Source: Girardia tigrina
Taxonomy: Eukaryota
Length of the DNA stretch: 63,473 nucleotides
Direction: 5' to 3'
Assembly (NCBI GenBank): GCA_001938485.1
Contig: MQRK01236834.1
Location: 1 to 63,473 of the forward strand
Numbering within the stretch: position 1 is the stretch's first letter; each line of letters begins with the position of its first letter. The notes under the pieces are model-generated. The model was not told where the DNA came from. It did not search any database and saw nothing but the letters and a program-made list of their open reading frames with translations. Positions 1 through 13,050 of the stretch are shown here, piece by piece. The position numbers and the translations under genes were made by a program.

Positions 1-664
1 TGGCATTGTTTTCCGTTTGAATATTACCATTGGCTCACACTTAGCTCCATCAGCAGTACAACATAAAACTACTGTAAAATTGGTTTTTTCTGATCCAGTT
101 GTAGTTAATATGATATCCTTTTTTCGTCTTACATCAACTGTTCTCGTGTCAGGCATGTCAAAACTAACAGGTACCAAATTGAGATAAGTCAACATTTTCT
201 TTACGTTTAGAGACATAGTCTCGAAATAAAGCGACTTTTTCTTCCCAACCAGTGGGTAGTGACTGACCAACAGACGTAACTGCACGCACGGACAATTGAT
301 TTCTTTTCATAAAACGATAGCACCAATTGATTCCGCCTCTAAAGCCGTCAATACCTCTTTCGATTGCTATTTTGCGTGCCATCAATCGAATATCAACTGT
401 TGAAACTTTCCTTTTCTCTTCGCGTGTGTTTATAACCAATTGTTTTAATTCTGACTCTAATTCTGGCCAATATGGAGGACTTCATCTACGGGCACGTTTT
501 CCTCGCGGCATTACATTTAAGACATTCTTATTTTTTCTCCAATCTCGGACAATACTTTCATCCACAGAATATTCACGACTCGCACTTCTGTTGCCATTTT
601 CTTCAGCATATTTGACTACTTTTAATTTAAATTCGGTGGTATAAGACTAACGTTTCGGTGGCAT
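1..664 (-). pseudogene. pogo-family (POGK-like) transposase relic, runs off the left edge
   Basis: Minus strand reads MPPKR*SYTTEFKLKVVKYAEENGNRSASREYSVDESIVRDWRK (Brinker-type DBD), then ...GWCYRFMKRNQLS-like CENP-B HTH, then ...FDMPDTRTVD...TTGSEKTNFTVVLCCTADGAKCEPMVIFK (DDE_1). Contains in-frame stops. Confidence 0.85.
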
Positions 665-1394
665 TTTTGTTTGGTTTCAAATCCATAATATTTATAATAT
701 TAAAACAACATTTTCAAAACTATTAGATTTTATTTAAATTATTATTACAATGTAATTATATTAAAAGTACATTAATAGTACATTAATAGGTAGAAATTAA
801 ACTGACTTTATTTAAGTGCGGGTTATACATTTAAAAGTTTAGAAAATAGGAAATAAACACAAAAGTTTAAAATTAAAAATAAAAATGTTTTTATGTTAAT
901 ATGTTTATTAAATATTTTAAAATTAAAAATTAAATACTTATTTACAAATAAAAATATTTTTACAGTCATAACAATTGATATATTTTAATAGAAATTATGA
1001 AACAATTTTAAATAAATTTTAAAGTAAACTTTTAGTTTAAATGTAAAAAATTATTTTAAAAATTTAAAGTTTTAAAAATTGAATTGAAAAAAATTTTAAT
1101 AGATTAATTTTTGGTGAGAAAATTGAATTAACAAAAAAATTGTTTAAATATGTGAATTGTTGTTATAAAAAAATTTTAGCGTTGAATTATGAGTATTGAA
1201 TCTGATAATAATGAAAGTGGCATAAACTCTACTTAGACAGTCAATGTCCGTTTTATCAAAAAGTTTACTCTCGTATCCTAGTTTCATGGAATCTTCTAAC
1301 TCGGTCATTTAGGATGTCTTTCTGTCCAAGGAAACAATTAGGTCAAACAAACTGAAGTCTTATCTTTAATTAAGATTTGGATGCATATATGTAC

Positions 1395-1906
1395 TGTTAA
1401 GAGAACTCACACATTTGACAGAATCTTTATTACATTCACATTGTTTATCATCTTTATGATTGCTTTCACTTAGATCCATCAATCAATTTTCAATATCTCT
1501 CATTATAATCTGAACTATTCTTGAGAAAATTATTTTATTTAAAAATATTTAATTTAAATTTTATTGGCTAAGATAAAATATTTTTATAACCATTTTTAAA
1601 CATTAATTTGATTTTAATTATTTAAAAATTTACAAAAATAAAATCAATAGATATTTGATTGAAAAGCAATTCGTTTACTCTCAAATTTACTCTTTTAAAA
1701 AAACTATTAAAAAACTATTAAAAAGTCGCAATAATAAAAATTAAAAATTCGAATATTAAATCTAAATTTAAATAAATTAGTTTCAGATTATAAGAAATTA
1801 AATATTGATAATCCATCTGATTAGGAGAGGCACAATCCCAAATCAACATACAACATTTAAACATGCAAACACTACAAAAACAATTACACACCGCATATTC
1901 CTGACA
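1395..1906 (-). mobile_element. Solo LTR, Gypsy family A
   Basis: On the minus strand it starts TGTCAGGAATAT and ends CTCTTAACA (TG...CA). It carries the family core CCATCTGATTAGGAGAG (+ strand). Flanks TGTAC/TGTAA form a near-perfect 5-bp TSD. Confidence 0.75.
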
Positions 1907-3717
1907 TGTAATGAGCTTAAGAATTTCTTCTCGGAAAAACTTGCATGATTCAAAGGAAGGCGTCATTGAGTATTTTAGTAATCTTAAATTATACTACTGA
2001 TAAGTTCTCTTCCATTACTACTTTAGTACGAATAATAATTGTAAACATGTCTAATGAGAAAGAAAGGAAAATATTGAATTCCATACACTTTAGTAAAATA
2101 TTATTTGAGAGATTTGTTTGACCTTGGCTAAATATGTATAAAGTAAGAGAGTAAATTGGATGATATTCAATCAAACGAATTGTTTTTCAATCAAATATCT
2201 ATTTCAATAGGATCAATTTATTGTGACAATTTCTCTAAATCAACAAAGAATTTGATAAATCGAATGAAAATGTTTTAAAAAAAAAATTTGGAATTTGTAT
2301 TTTTTTAAATAAAAATGATTATTATTGTAAAAAAATGGCTTAATAAATAAGATATTAAAATGACCTTGAGGTTCTTTTAATAAATAAAATTGATATATTA
2401 TAATGAAAAGATATTTTTAGTTTTAATTATTTTGAAAGTTATGAAATTTGTTTTACTGACTTGAATAATTTTTATGAATGACATTTCGTGGCGAGAATTT
2501 TAATTGAAATTGTTGATTGTAAAGACATTTTGTGTGAACATGACTTGGCGAATTTTGTTGTGAAAGAATTTTGAATTAAATACAATTTCTGAAAAAAAGC
2601 ATTATTAGAAAATTCAAATTAGAAACAAGTTTTGAACTGAAATATAAAAGTTAATTGTCAACGAGTTATTTACTAAACAAACTTTGTTTTAAGAATGAAT
2701 GGTAACAATAGAATAACTGGTTATTTATTGGAAAATGAATGACTATAAGAAATGGTCGCAAAAGTAGTAGAAATTACCACAAAAGAATAAATTGTGTTTG
2801 TGCATTAATTAAATGAAAATCAACTTAAGGGTCAAAGGACTGGGCCGGGTAATTCTTATGTTAATATTTCGGAATTAATTGCTCAAACTTATTTTCGGTA
2901 TTCAAAATAATCTTTTTCTTTAAGTACATTATTAAAGCATTCTTATTCACATTCCCATGTAAAATATCGACCATGAACCTAGTCAGACAGACGCTCATTA
3001 TTACAAACATTAAATATTAATTTCTTAAATATTTTAATACATAAATAATGAAACATTTTCCCAACTCAATATATAAAAATAATAACAATCAAATTATTAC
3101 AAAAATAATAAAAACAGTTTTCATTAGATTAAGACCGAATTTTCTCTTCTTTGGCACGAAGCAATGTTTAAATGAAGCTCAAATTCGTTTTTGGAATGGT
3201 AATTTTTGGTCTGACTTCGATCATTAACCTTCACGAAAATTTGAAGTTTTTTCAATCTTCTTTTTACTTCTTCCTTAAATCTTTTCTTAATCTTCTAGTG
3301 ATTGAAATTTAACTGTATTTGCTATTGAAGTCCCGGCTGCCGGGCTGAGTGGCGACGGATAGCACCTCTTAATTGTGCTGGAAGTTGATGGGCGAGGAAA
3401 TCGAACTGTCGGTTGAGTGGGTGCTATGAGCCGGTCGAGCCCCATTGCCACCGGTCGGAACATCAATATGTAAAGCTGTGGCTTTCCGTACCGCGTTACC
3501 GACCCAGTGACCACCGGATCAACTCGATGAGGCGGATGATCTCGTCGACTCGTCAATCCGCGATCCATATGCACCAAGATATGTAAGGTGGCGGGATGTG
3601 TGGTTCGACCGGTCGAATCCGAGGGGTGGAGATCGTTATTTTTGTGATCATGCTTTCCGTGAAATAACCATTCGAATCGATCAATACCAATCACCGATAT
3701 CATTGCCAGACATTTCG

Positions 3718-3901
3718 CAGTGATGCACGGGAAATAAGAACCGAATTAAAAAAAGAAAATTGCTTTGGTGTTTTTAAGAAATGAGAATAAAATATATTAA
3801 ATTTAATGAATTCAAAATTGTTAGTTTTTCATAATTTCTTTAATATATTAAAACACCAAAAATCCGTTTTTTATTTCGGTCGATTGACCGGAGCACCACA
3901 G
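3718..3901. mobile_element. Degenerate MITE
   Basis: Imperfect ~50-bp inverted ends: gtgatgcacggg..accgaattaaaaaa..ttggtgtttt versus aaaacaccaa..ttttttatttcggt..ccggagcaccac. Confidence 0.4.
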
Positions 3902-4910
3902 GTATATAAATTATACACGTTATCAGTGTGGATATCAAATAACCAATTATAATACGCACTATTTCACGTTATTTACGAATATCGTTATTACTAGAATATA
4001 TATCGACAGTATATAAATAATTAAAAGAATAAATAAATAAAAATAAGAAATATTAGTTAGATATATAATTTATATGAAAAAAACAATGGTTGAGGAATGT
4101 TCTTCATCAATGAAAAAGTTTCATTTGAAATATTTTACACGGAATTTATTCGGACTCGATGTAGGTAAAACGAGTTTTTTTGTGAAATCTCCTGCAACGA
4201 ATTGTATTCGATTAAACATTGATAGTAATGTTTCGCGGTTCAGAATTCATAACTATTAGAAATATTACAGTCGTATGACTTAATGGTGATGTAACCGATT
4301 TTGATGAATTTGTTTGACTTTTTGTGTTGCTTGCTTGAGGTAGATTGAGAATTATATTCATCAGAACTGGTTTTTGTTTGACTCGAGTCGCAAATATATT
4401 AACCATCAATGATTAATTAATATTGATTCAAATTTTAAATTTATGTTTAAACTTCTATGGAAATATCAAATTTCTGTATTTCCATTAATATAATTTTAAA
4501 ATAATTATTTTTATTATATACACTTTTATATACACATATATGATCATACGTCTGGTGACAGCTGTTAAATGTGTGTTTTCCCAGAAGGAAGTGATCTGAA
4601 AAGTATAAATATAAAAATATATGTATAAGTTAATGTATTTATATACAATAAAATATTTTGAAGACCAAGTCAGCATCACTGGCAACGTAAAAATTTGGAT
4701 GGATCGTTTGGTGGTACCTTGTTTCATACTTTCTTGTACGCAATGTTTCGTTAGAAATATTTTAGAGAAATTATATTTTAATTTTTTCAAATAATGCATG
4801 TTTAAAGAAATTTCAAAAAAAAATTTTTTTATCTAATGTTAATATTAACTAATTATAAAACCTTTACCTAACCTCAGAACAGTAATAAAAGAAGTATTGA
4901 AAGTACTCAC

Positions 4911-5036
4911 CGGAAAGAACAACTGGATCAATGTGTTCTCCCTTCTTCACGAAATCTGATTCTCCAGTTAGAGAACTTTCATCTAATTTGAGATCATTAC
5001 TCTGAATGATGAACCCGTCTGCCGGTAACAGATCGC
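4911..5036 (-). CDS. ATP2B: PMCA coding exon 4 (actuator domain, TGES motif); absent from the ORF track
   Basis: Acceptor ttgcag|GC, donor G|gtgagt. Translates (G)[42 protein letters not shown], with the P-type ATPase DESSLTGES motif. 126 nt, phase 1 to phase 1. Confidence 0.96.
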
Positions 5037-6165
5037 CTGCAAATATAAACTTGTTTTAATTATGATTATTTATATTATTTTATATTTATCTTATAATATC
5101 TCAATTAATATTTACAATCATTAAGAAAACAAAATTAATATTTATTATTTATACTGTATTTAAAATAACATTTACCAAATGATATTTTGTTTAATATGTA
5201 AAGCACGAAATATTTAGGCAATAACAGAATTTTTGTGAAGTGCATTAGTTTTATTCCTAACACCTTTATAACTAAGAAATATTATTATTATTATAACTAT
5301 TATTACGATCACAATAATTGTAAGAATTATAAGTATAATTTATAAGATATTTTAATTCTCAATATTTAAATAATTATTAGTATTAATAAATATTTATATC
5401 TATATCCATTTCTATATTTATAATAAACGGTTAAAAATAGAAATACTAAAATTATCCTCAAATAAAAACAGTTGTTTAAATAAACAGGAATATTGCGTGA
5501 AAATGCAAAAATTGTAATTTAATAAATTATTTTAATGCAGTCGTATTTTTTTGTTATATAAATATTCGAAGAAACAGGAGAAATGTCTACGACCAATGTC
5601 GTTCCTAACAATAATAATTGTTTAACTTAGGTTACCGACGAGTATTGGTTGATAAAGTTTAGTTAAACTGATAATAAAAAGTGCCGAATAATATAAAAAT
5701 AATGTAAATAGTTTTCTATAACGAATTATAATAAATACAAATGACAAGATAATACAAGATAGAAGAAGTGCCTCACAAGTTTGAACCACAACAAGATGAT
5801 AGATAACTATGAATCACATATCTGACGACAATCGCCAAGCAATAAAGTTCTTTCTCAGTTAATCAGCACAAAATATGGAAACGGTCTCTATGCAATCAAT
5901 ATAATCGTTTGTGGAATATTAACTGTAAGAATTGTTCTGTCATTTTTTTATAATTCTACGAGCTCCGAAAATATAATCAGATTTTGTAGCGTTCGGATAG
6001 AAAGCGCAATAATCAATTTACCCTGATTTGTGATTGAACAAAAAATCAAGGCTCGTTTCCGCAATATTAAGTACCGGATAAAGGTTTGCAGATAGAGAAA
6101 ATAATATGGTATTTATTCTTTTTATTTTTAAATTTATTTATTAGTATCCTTAATCAATAACGTTA

Positions 6166-6557
6166 TTTTTTTGGGCCGTGGGTGCACTCAATTATGCACA
6201 AGCATATGGTTTCATGGGTTTTCATATATATTTGAATGTCTCAGTAGGCAAGGAACGTGGTGACGCCTATCTCCTCTCCAGGTATGGATGGCCGTTGGCT
6301 CCAAAAAGATCATCCACCCTTTGCAAGGTTTTGTTTTTCATCCTGCTAGGTGTCGGCACACCTCTTCATCCATATTGCTCTGGGCGAGGCAGCCGGTTAG
6401 GTCGCCTACAGGTTTACATGGTACCTGTAGCAGACAGATTGCCTAACTTGACCACTAGTCAATGGCCCCGCGATTTTCCTATTGGTCACCCAAATAAGGT
6501 TGCTTGACTTCAGAGATCGTACGAGATCCGACGTACCCAACTGCGGCCATTGACTAC
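6166..6557 (-). mobile_element. 5S rRNA-derived SINE (SINE3-like)
   Basis: Minus-strand head GTCAATGGCC..CGGATCTCGTACGATCTCTGAAGTCAAGCAAC..TTGGGTGACC..GGCCATTGAC aligns to 5S rRNA (GATCTCGTxxGATCTCxGAAGxxAAGCA, box A, box C, terminal helix I). It is followed by ~290 nt of unrelated body and an A7 tail. Confidence 0.75.
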
Positions 6558-8372
6558 TACGTCATAGATAATTCAAAATAATAATTTAATAATAATAATA
6601 TATAAAAATGATAATAATTTTTTATAATTAATGTTTCTTCCTTCTGAATGCACCATATAGGAGCGATAACTGAAAGTATGACCCCCTACAGGGACTGGAA
6701 CGGAGAGGACACAACAATAATAATATTTTTTTAAAATTTAAAAAATACATTACACAAATATTTGGTAATATAGTACTATTACTATCACTATAATAATTAA
6801 TCACTATAATTAATAATAATAATTAATCAGTTATTATTATTAATGATGCAGTGACAGAATCGGGAACAGGTGATGAACCGATCAAATTAATTGATTAAAT
6901 GTCACTCTTCACATTTCCCGTTCAATTATTGATTAACCCATTCAGATTTGTGCTCCCCCTTTTCATTTTATCCTATATTAAAAAATAATATTATTTATTT
7001 CAATAATATAATAATCATTAATAACATATTGATAAAATTTCATTTATTTTCCTTTGTAAAGATGAAAAGAAAAATCTTTTCATTTACATTAAAAATATTT
7101 TTTTAATATTATATGGAATTATTTAATGTACAATAAAAAAATAAATTTTAATTCTAAGGTGTTAGTTTTTTTTAGGATTTCAGGAAGGCACTACTTCGAC
7201 GTCATAGAGCATGGCCCAATAAACCAAAGCTCAAATGGACACAGTCTTTTGTGTACCTTAACCATCTAGGTACACGTGGAAATTACTCAATGTTCTGAGG
7301 TTACGAGCTTTGACGTCCTCATCACCTATAATTTCCATCTTACTATACTGTAGTCATAAACGTAACAATAAAAATTTGCATAAGCCTAACTTCTTTAAAA
7401 ATAAAATAAAAATAACTTTTTAGAAAAAATATTATCTTTGTCACTGCATATTGTCTTGTACAATCTCTTAACGAAAATACTAAATTTTCGTTTCCCTATT
7501 TAATGTACTTAAATGGGCAAAACGAAAAAAATAATTTCCCAAATCAGGCAGTAAACATTTCGAGTGCTTCTTCAAAGTTCTTCACGATTGTTAACATTTT
7601 TTAGTTTTGGTAATTCCGTTTTTTATTTTTTCTTTTGTATTATATTAAATCATTAATTAATTTATTGATACAAAAACTGTGGAGCCTGAATATCGTTCTC
7701 CAAGAAGGATTTTTATAGCGTTTGAAGGAAAAATAAAATCTGTTTTCCAAATAAAAAGGAAATTCTTTAGAACAGAAACAATTTCTTTTGGGTTTTATAA
7801 GTAAATTTTAGTTTTATGGTAGAATCTAGATAGAAGAAGAATTTATTTTAATTTTAAAAGTTAAGACTATTTTAATATTTAAGTAAAGGTCATCCGTCTT
7901 TAGACGACTAAAACATAGTTGGACAACTCAAAGAATGAAAGTTAAAAAAAGAAAACGACGCCGAAGGACCTCGGCAGAATATTGTGAACAACATAACAGG
8001 AAGTTCCCTGGAATCAGCTCACCAATTGCTGTCGTATACATTGCGAGCAATATTTGAAATTTACTATGTTAAAATTTTATCTTGAATTTTGTATGTGTAA
8101 TTTGGTATTTGCAAAAGTGTTTCCAAGTGGAAATTTGATATTTTGGATATTCGTGATGATTAAATGTTGGAGAATGATTTACATATTAAATTACAACACA
8201 AGATAATTAGAAAATGAAATTATTAATATTGTTAAATTATAAATTAAATTTTGAAAACCGAATTAATAATAATCATTGAAATAACTTTTAAGTATTTTTA
8301 AGTTTTTTTTTTTAAGATGAAATTATTAATTCGATCAATAGAAAGTTTTATGTTAATTTCTCTCTAATGATA

Positions 8373-9940
8373 CAGTCGAACCTCATTAATCCGAACTTCT
8401 ATAATCCAAAAACTTCATAGTGCGAAAGACATTTATTTATTTCGTCAATTTTCGAATGTTCCCCGACAAATTTGAATCATTAATCTGAAATTTCATGATC
8501 CGCAATCGGAAATCTCCTTTTGAATTAAATTTCTAATAATATTTAAAATTTTCGGATTAATGTTGTTTAAATATTTAGCTCGTTTACAATTTTAATTTAT
8601 TAAAATTAAGTATCCATATGACGAGGAAAAAACAGAAATTATAATTCAGCGAAACGTAAATATTAACAGCATCAAAATTGAATGTAAACATTTATTGACA
8701 ACACAAACAGATTCTTCGCAACAATCTTCAGAGGTCATCTTTCTTTGATTGATATAGTTTTTTGTTTATGTATTCAAATTTAAAAAAACAATGGATGGGA
8801 AATTTTTTAATATTAACTTTTAATTTCTAAAAAAAATTTCTTGGATAAAAAGACATTGCGTAATTTTTTAAATATATTAAATTTAATAAGTTCAAATCGT
8901 TTACTAAAAATAATATTAAAATTCATAATTATAAAATTTTAACTAATTAGTACTTAAAATTAATATTAGATTCAAATAATCAATCAATAAACATATCAAT
9001 CCCATCTGAGTAGGAGAGTCACAAATCTAAACAGCATACAAACAACAAACTTACAACATTCCAAATTATCCCTCACATCCCCCTCGATTTAAATGGCCTT
9101 AGCCATTCTACATTTCTTATTAGTATTTTGTCATTGTCGAGTTGAAATTCGTAACTTCTCTCATGTCTCCGTCTTATTATCATTGCAGGGCCAATAAATC
9201 GGTCGTCTTCTTTTGATGCATTTTCTCTCTTTATCAATACCTGGTCTCCAACCTTAAAAATTCTTATCGTTTCTGGAGCTTTTTCTTGTTTTCCCATTTG
9301 TTTTCTTTTATATTCTTTATTTTTCCACCAATGTCTTAATTTCCTTCCATATATTATTTCTGACAATACTTCCGTCCAATCTCTATGCATTCCATCCTTT
9401 ATTCTGATATTAAGAACATCTCTAATCGTTCTAAATTGTCGTTCTCTAATTCCATTGGTATTGTGATGATACGGGCTTGCATAAAATACTTGAAGAAACT
9501 GTCACTGGGGGAATTGCGTCAAATTATCAGAAGAGAATTGATATTAAAAAAGTGAAATTTCTACGTTATTATGAATTTTAAAAAATAAAAAGAAATGGGA
9601 AGATTGTGATAGTTCAAACCCTTGCTCCTGACGATCTTCGAAAAGTCTTTCTCTGCATTAAAATTTAATGATGGAATGGATTCAAAAAATTAAGTGACTG
9701 ATGAAATTATCATTGCAAAAGCAAAGGAATTTGGACAAAAACTAAATGTTAATGACCTGCGAATGATTGATCTATAGAATCAAAAATTGATTTATTCTGA
9801 AATTGAAATTTCTCCTCAGAAAAGCTAAATCTATGAATAATGTTGATGTACCAGCCCAAAGAAAACAAATGGTTGAAAAATAGACAGAAATTGACCCAGA
9901 CGTTTTACTCAAAGGATGAAACTGGAATTTTTTTCAAGCA
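8373..9940 (+). mobile_element. Tigger/pogo relic interrupted by a Gypsy fragment
   Basis: TA|CAGTCGAACCTC terminus with repeated TAATCC(G)AA subterminal motifs. An MTRKKQKL start precedes the insertion; DEIIIAKAKEFGQKL and DETGIF motifs follow it. Confidence 0.6.
8661..9490 (-). mobile_element. Gypsy family A 3' fragment: integrase C-terminus, PPT and 3' LTR (8661-9077)
   Basis: Reads ASPYHHNTNG..ERQFRTIRDVLNIR..DWTEV..IIYGRKLRHWW..FKVGDQVLIK..FIGP..RNVEWLRPF. The polypurine tract GAGGGGGA is immediately followed by the LTR start TGTGAGG. Matches the element at 61419+. Confidence 0.85.
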
Positions 9941-10986
9941 TTTCATTTTTATTTCATTTATACAAGCTCATATATAAAGTGATATATCATGATTCCAAGC
10001 GATGATTTTAAAAAAATATAAATATCACGATGTACTTCTTCTTCTGTCGAAAAGAAAATTTGGAGGATTAGGACCCTTCCTCTTCGTTAACAATAAGCTT
10101 AGCGTAAAAAAGGGTTAATGAGAAATAGTATTGTAATGTTAAAATTTTCATTAATACAATATTATAATTATTATTTTATTATTAATAAATCAAAAACATA
10201 TTTTTAATTAATTTTGTAGTATCCTGATCCAGCATTCGAGGTCTGTTTTAATACAATTTTGACGATGACAGAAAATACTTTAGACTGAAGAATTATTTAA
10301 TTAATAAATCTTTGAATTTTAATGTTTTTAATTAATTTTTTTCCTAATGCTGGAAGCGCAATTTGTAAGGAGTCCAATCCAGTCGTGACTAGGAGAACAC
10401 AGTTTCAGTTGTCCCAACACGGCAGGAGGATATTCCCAAGTAAAGTATTATGTGAGTCGCTATAACAACTGATACTAGGCAATTATTTTCTCTAGGAATT
10501 TTCCTACAAATTCTCTCTCGAAATACTTTTCGAAAGTCAATTTAATTAATAATTTTAAAGTAAACTTATGGCTGTTGAGCCCTCAGTCAATGATGCTTCC
10601 TGTTTTAATAAATTCACGTTTGTTTACTCTATTCTTATTAATAAATATTTTATTTTTCCCATTGAAATAGAGAAAATTGGGTTGTGTTATAGTAGAAACG
10701 TTTCATTCGCAAATTTGAGGATCTTTTGTCTATTGGAAAAATAATTAAAATATACTATTCGTAAAATATTGGGTGATAGCAAATAATATGGACTTTGATT
10801 ATGAGGGAATGTGGCAAGCAATTAGAGGATTTATAAAGATATCGTGAAGTACCACATCTATTCATCATGGAGACATGTATAAAGTCGAAAAGACGACTAA
10901 TTTAAAATGTTTAATAATATAACAAATTGAAAAAAGATGGCAATTTTTTATTATAAACAAATAAACGCCATTTTAAAATAGATTTC

Positions 10987-11029
10987 GTGATAATATATTT
11001 CGACGGTTTAACCGTCATCATCAGATAAC
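10987..11029 (-). ncRNA. Minimal type-I hammerhead ribozyme (PLE-associated)
   Basis: GTTAT-CTGATGA-T-GACGGTTAAACCGTC-GAAA-TATA-TT-ATCAC; core intact, one mismatch in helix I. Confidence 0.75.
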
Positions 11030-11958
11030 TGATTATGTTCTTTTTTATTGCTGTTATATAAGAAATGAATGAATTTACAGTGGAACAGGAAATAAACGGA
11101 AAATTAACATTCCTTGATTTGTTAAATGAAAGGAAATATGATCATTATGAAACTGAAATATATCGAAAGAAAACTGATACTGGTTTGTACACCTCCATAA
11201 ACAGTTTTTGTGAGTTTAAATATAAAAGGAATATGATCAAACGTTTTTTATACTGTTCTTGGTCTCTTTCTTCTACGTTTTCAAAATACATTGACAAAGT
11301 TATTCAATAATAACAGATACTCTAAGTCCATCATAGACAAATTCACTCGTGAGACTGTAGATAAAATAATCGAAAAAGAAAAAATCAAAAATGAACAAAT
11401 TAATAGTTTAACCATTGAAAACTGCTTTACACCTGGGTATACTCTAAGCTAACCTTACTCCGAGGGTTTTAAACACGTCAAGAATTCGATCTTGAAATCA
11501 ACAAATAATATTTTAAATTTAAAAATTATTTCTCAATCATTTAAAGTTGAGAATATGTTTTGCAATAAATCACATACTCCTTTAGGATTGTGTTCGGACA
11601 TTGTTTATCAATACACATGTAATGGGTGCAATGCCACATACATCGGAGAGACTACCCGTCATCTCTGCAAACGAGTCCAATAACACAGTCAAAAAGGTGG
11701 AAAGAGTAATATTGCTGAGCATAAAAAAACGTGTAAATGTAATATGAGCATAAATGATTTTAAGATTTTGTGCAAGCATTTTAAAAATTATTGGGAGAGA
11801 GTGTCATGTGAAGCATTGTTGATAAGATCATGTGATCCTAAAATCAAATTTCAAACAGCACTCTCAACTAATTTATTAAGAGTATTCGATTAGACATACG
11901 TAAGTGTTAGTATAATCATTCATTTCTTATATAAAATCAATAAAAAAGAACATAATCA

Positions 11959-12001
11959 GTGATCTGATGATGACGGTTAAACCGTCGAAATATATTATCA
12001 C
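11959..12001 (+). ncRNA. Minimal type-I hammerhead ribozyme (PLE-associated)
   Basis: GTGAT-CTGATGA-T-GACGGT/TAA/ACCGTC-GAAA-TATA-TT-ATCAC: helix I GTGAT/ATCAC, 6-bp helix II, palindromic minimal helix III. Confidence 0.8.
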
Positions 12002-12753
12002 AAAATATATTTTTAAATGGTGTTTATTTGTTTATAATATAAAAAATAAATATTGTTGTCCCTCCTCAACAATCCAAAAATAAAACCGATAAAAATCGCT
12101 AAATTCCGATAGAAAATCAAATAACGAATTCAAAAATTTTTATTAATCAATTATAGAAAAAAATGAATTTTTTTAAATATGGTAAACCTTTTTGCGATGA
12201 ACTTTTTAATTACATCATGTTACACTTTTTGTTTGTAGAAGGTATTTGTAAAATATTTTCTAAAATTGATAACAATCTTTTGATAATGAAATGTTTTGCT
12301 TCTGTGAATTCTCCACTGTCATTCGTTCCTCTATTTGCATTACTCTCTTTACGAATGAACAAAGAATTTCGAAATTGTAAATCGCTTTGATGAACTTTAT
12401 GAGCATACTTGGTCGTTTACCGTGCGATCAATTTTCTAATTGTTGGTAATAAATATCAGCATTATAAGTCATCATCTTGTTTATGAACCCTAAATCTCAT
12501 CAAATATAAAACTCTACTTGTGATCCGAATAGATGATAGAAAACATCTTTTCTATGATGCATAGTTTATTCATGAGTGTCGTTTACTTCCCTGGTATCAA
12601 TAGGATCAACTAGCTAACAATGCTAACTTCCTGGGACGTTAATGAACATTTTTATAATCTGCTTTTTCTTAATGAAATTAATAATGTAGATTGTTTTTAA
12701 AAAAACATAAACCTGTGCATGGCAAAGTTAAATATATACAAGGAAGAAAAATA

Positions 12754-12793
12754 GGGTGACGCGTTTCGAGAAAAGCATCTCATCATCAGGTCC
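12754..12793 (-). ncRNA. Hammerhead-like motif (second PLE-type family), helix I damaged
   Basis: GGAC-CTGATGA-T-GAGA(TGCTTT)TCTC-GAAA-CGCG-TC-ACCC: intact core, palindromic CGCG helix III and GUC cleavage triplet, but helix I does not pair. Confidence 0.55.
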
Positions 12794-12840
12794 ATTCACA
12801 CATAGCACTCAACTAGCACACTATACGGAAACAGTAATTA

Positions 12841-13050
12841 CAGTATTTTTCCGTGTATAAGAACCCCTTTTTTGTCAAAATTTAATGAACATTTTACGCG
12901 AAATTTCAAAAATTAGTAAATATTTGAAATTTTTCTCAAACACAAAATATTTAATATATTTTCTGGAATGAATTAAAGTATTTTTTTTGAACTTTTGAAA
13001 AATGCACACCCAAAAATAAGGGGATGGGTCTTATACACGGAAAAATACAG
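12841..13050. mobile_element. pogo-type MITE
   Basis: TA|CAGTATTTTTCCGTGTATAAGAACCC ... GGGTCTTATACACGGAAAAATACAG|TA; ~25-bp TIRs and TA TSD. Confidence 0.8.

Larger units (their letters stand above)
10948..12040 (+). mobile_element. 5'-truncated Penelope-like element with an inverted pseudo-LTR
   Basis: RT thumb (FTVEQEINGKLTFLDLL..TEIYRKKTDTGLY) and GIY-YIG endonuclease (IVYQYTCNGCNATYIGETTRHLCKRVQ*H..EALLI). Segment 10950-11050 is an inverted copy of 11938-12038. Confidence 0.9.

Noticed and set aside
6178-6507. 109-aa + strand ORF
   Set aside because: It is the antisense of the GC-rich 5S-derived SINE and has no protein features.
6456-6556. Functional 5S rRNA gene
   Set aside because: It has an internal deletion, is diverged, lacks a T-run terminator after the head, and continues into an unrelated body.
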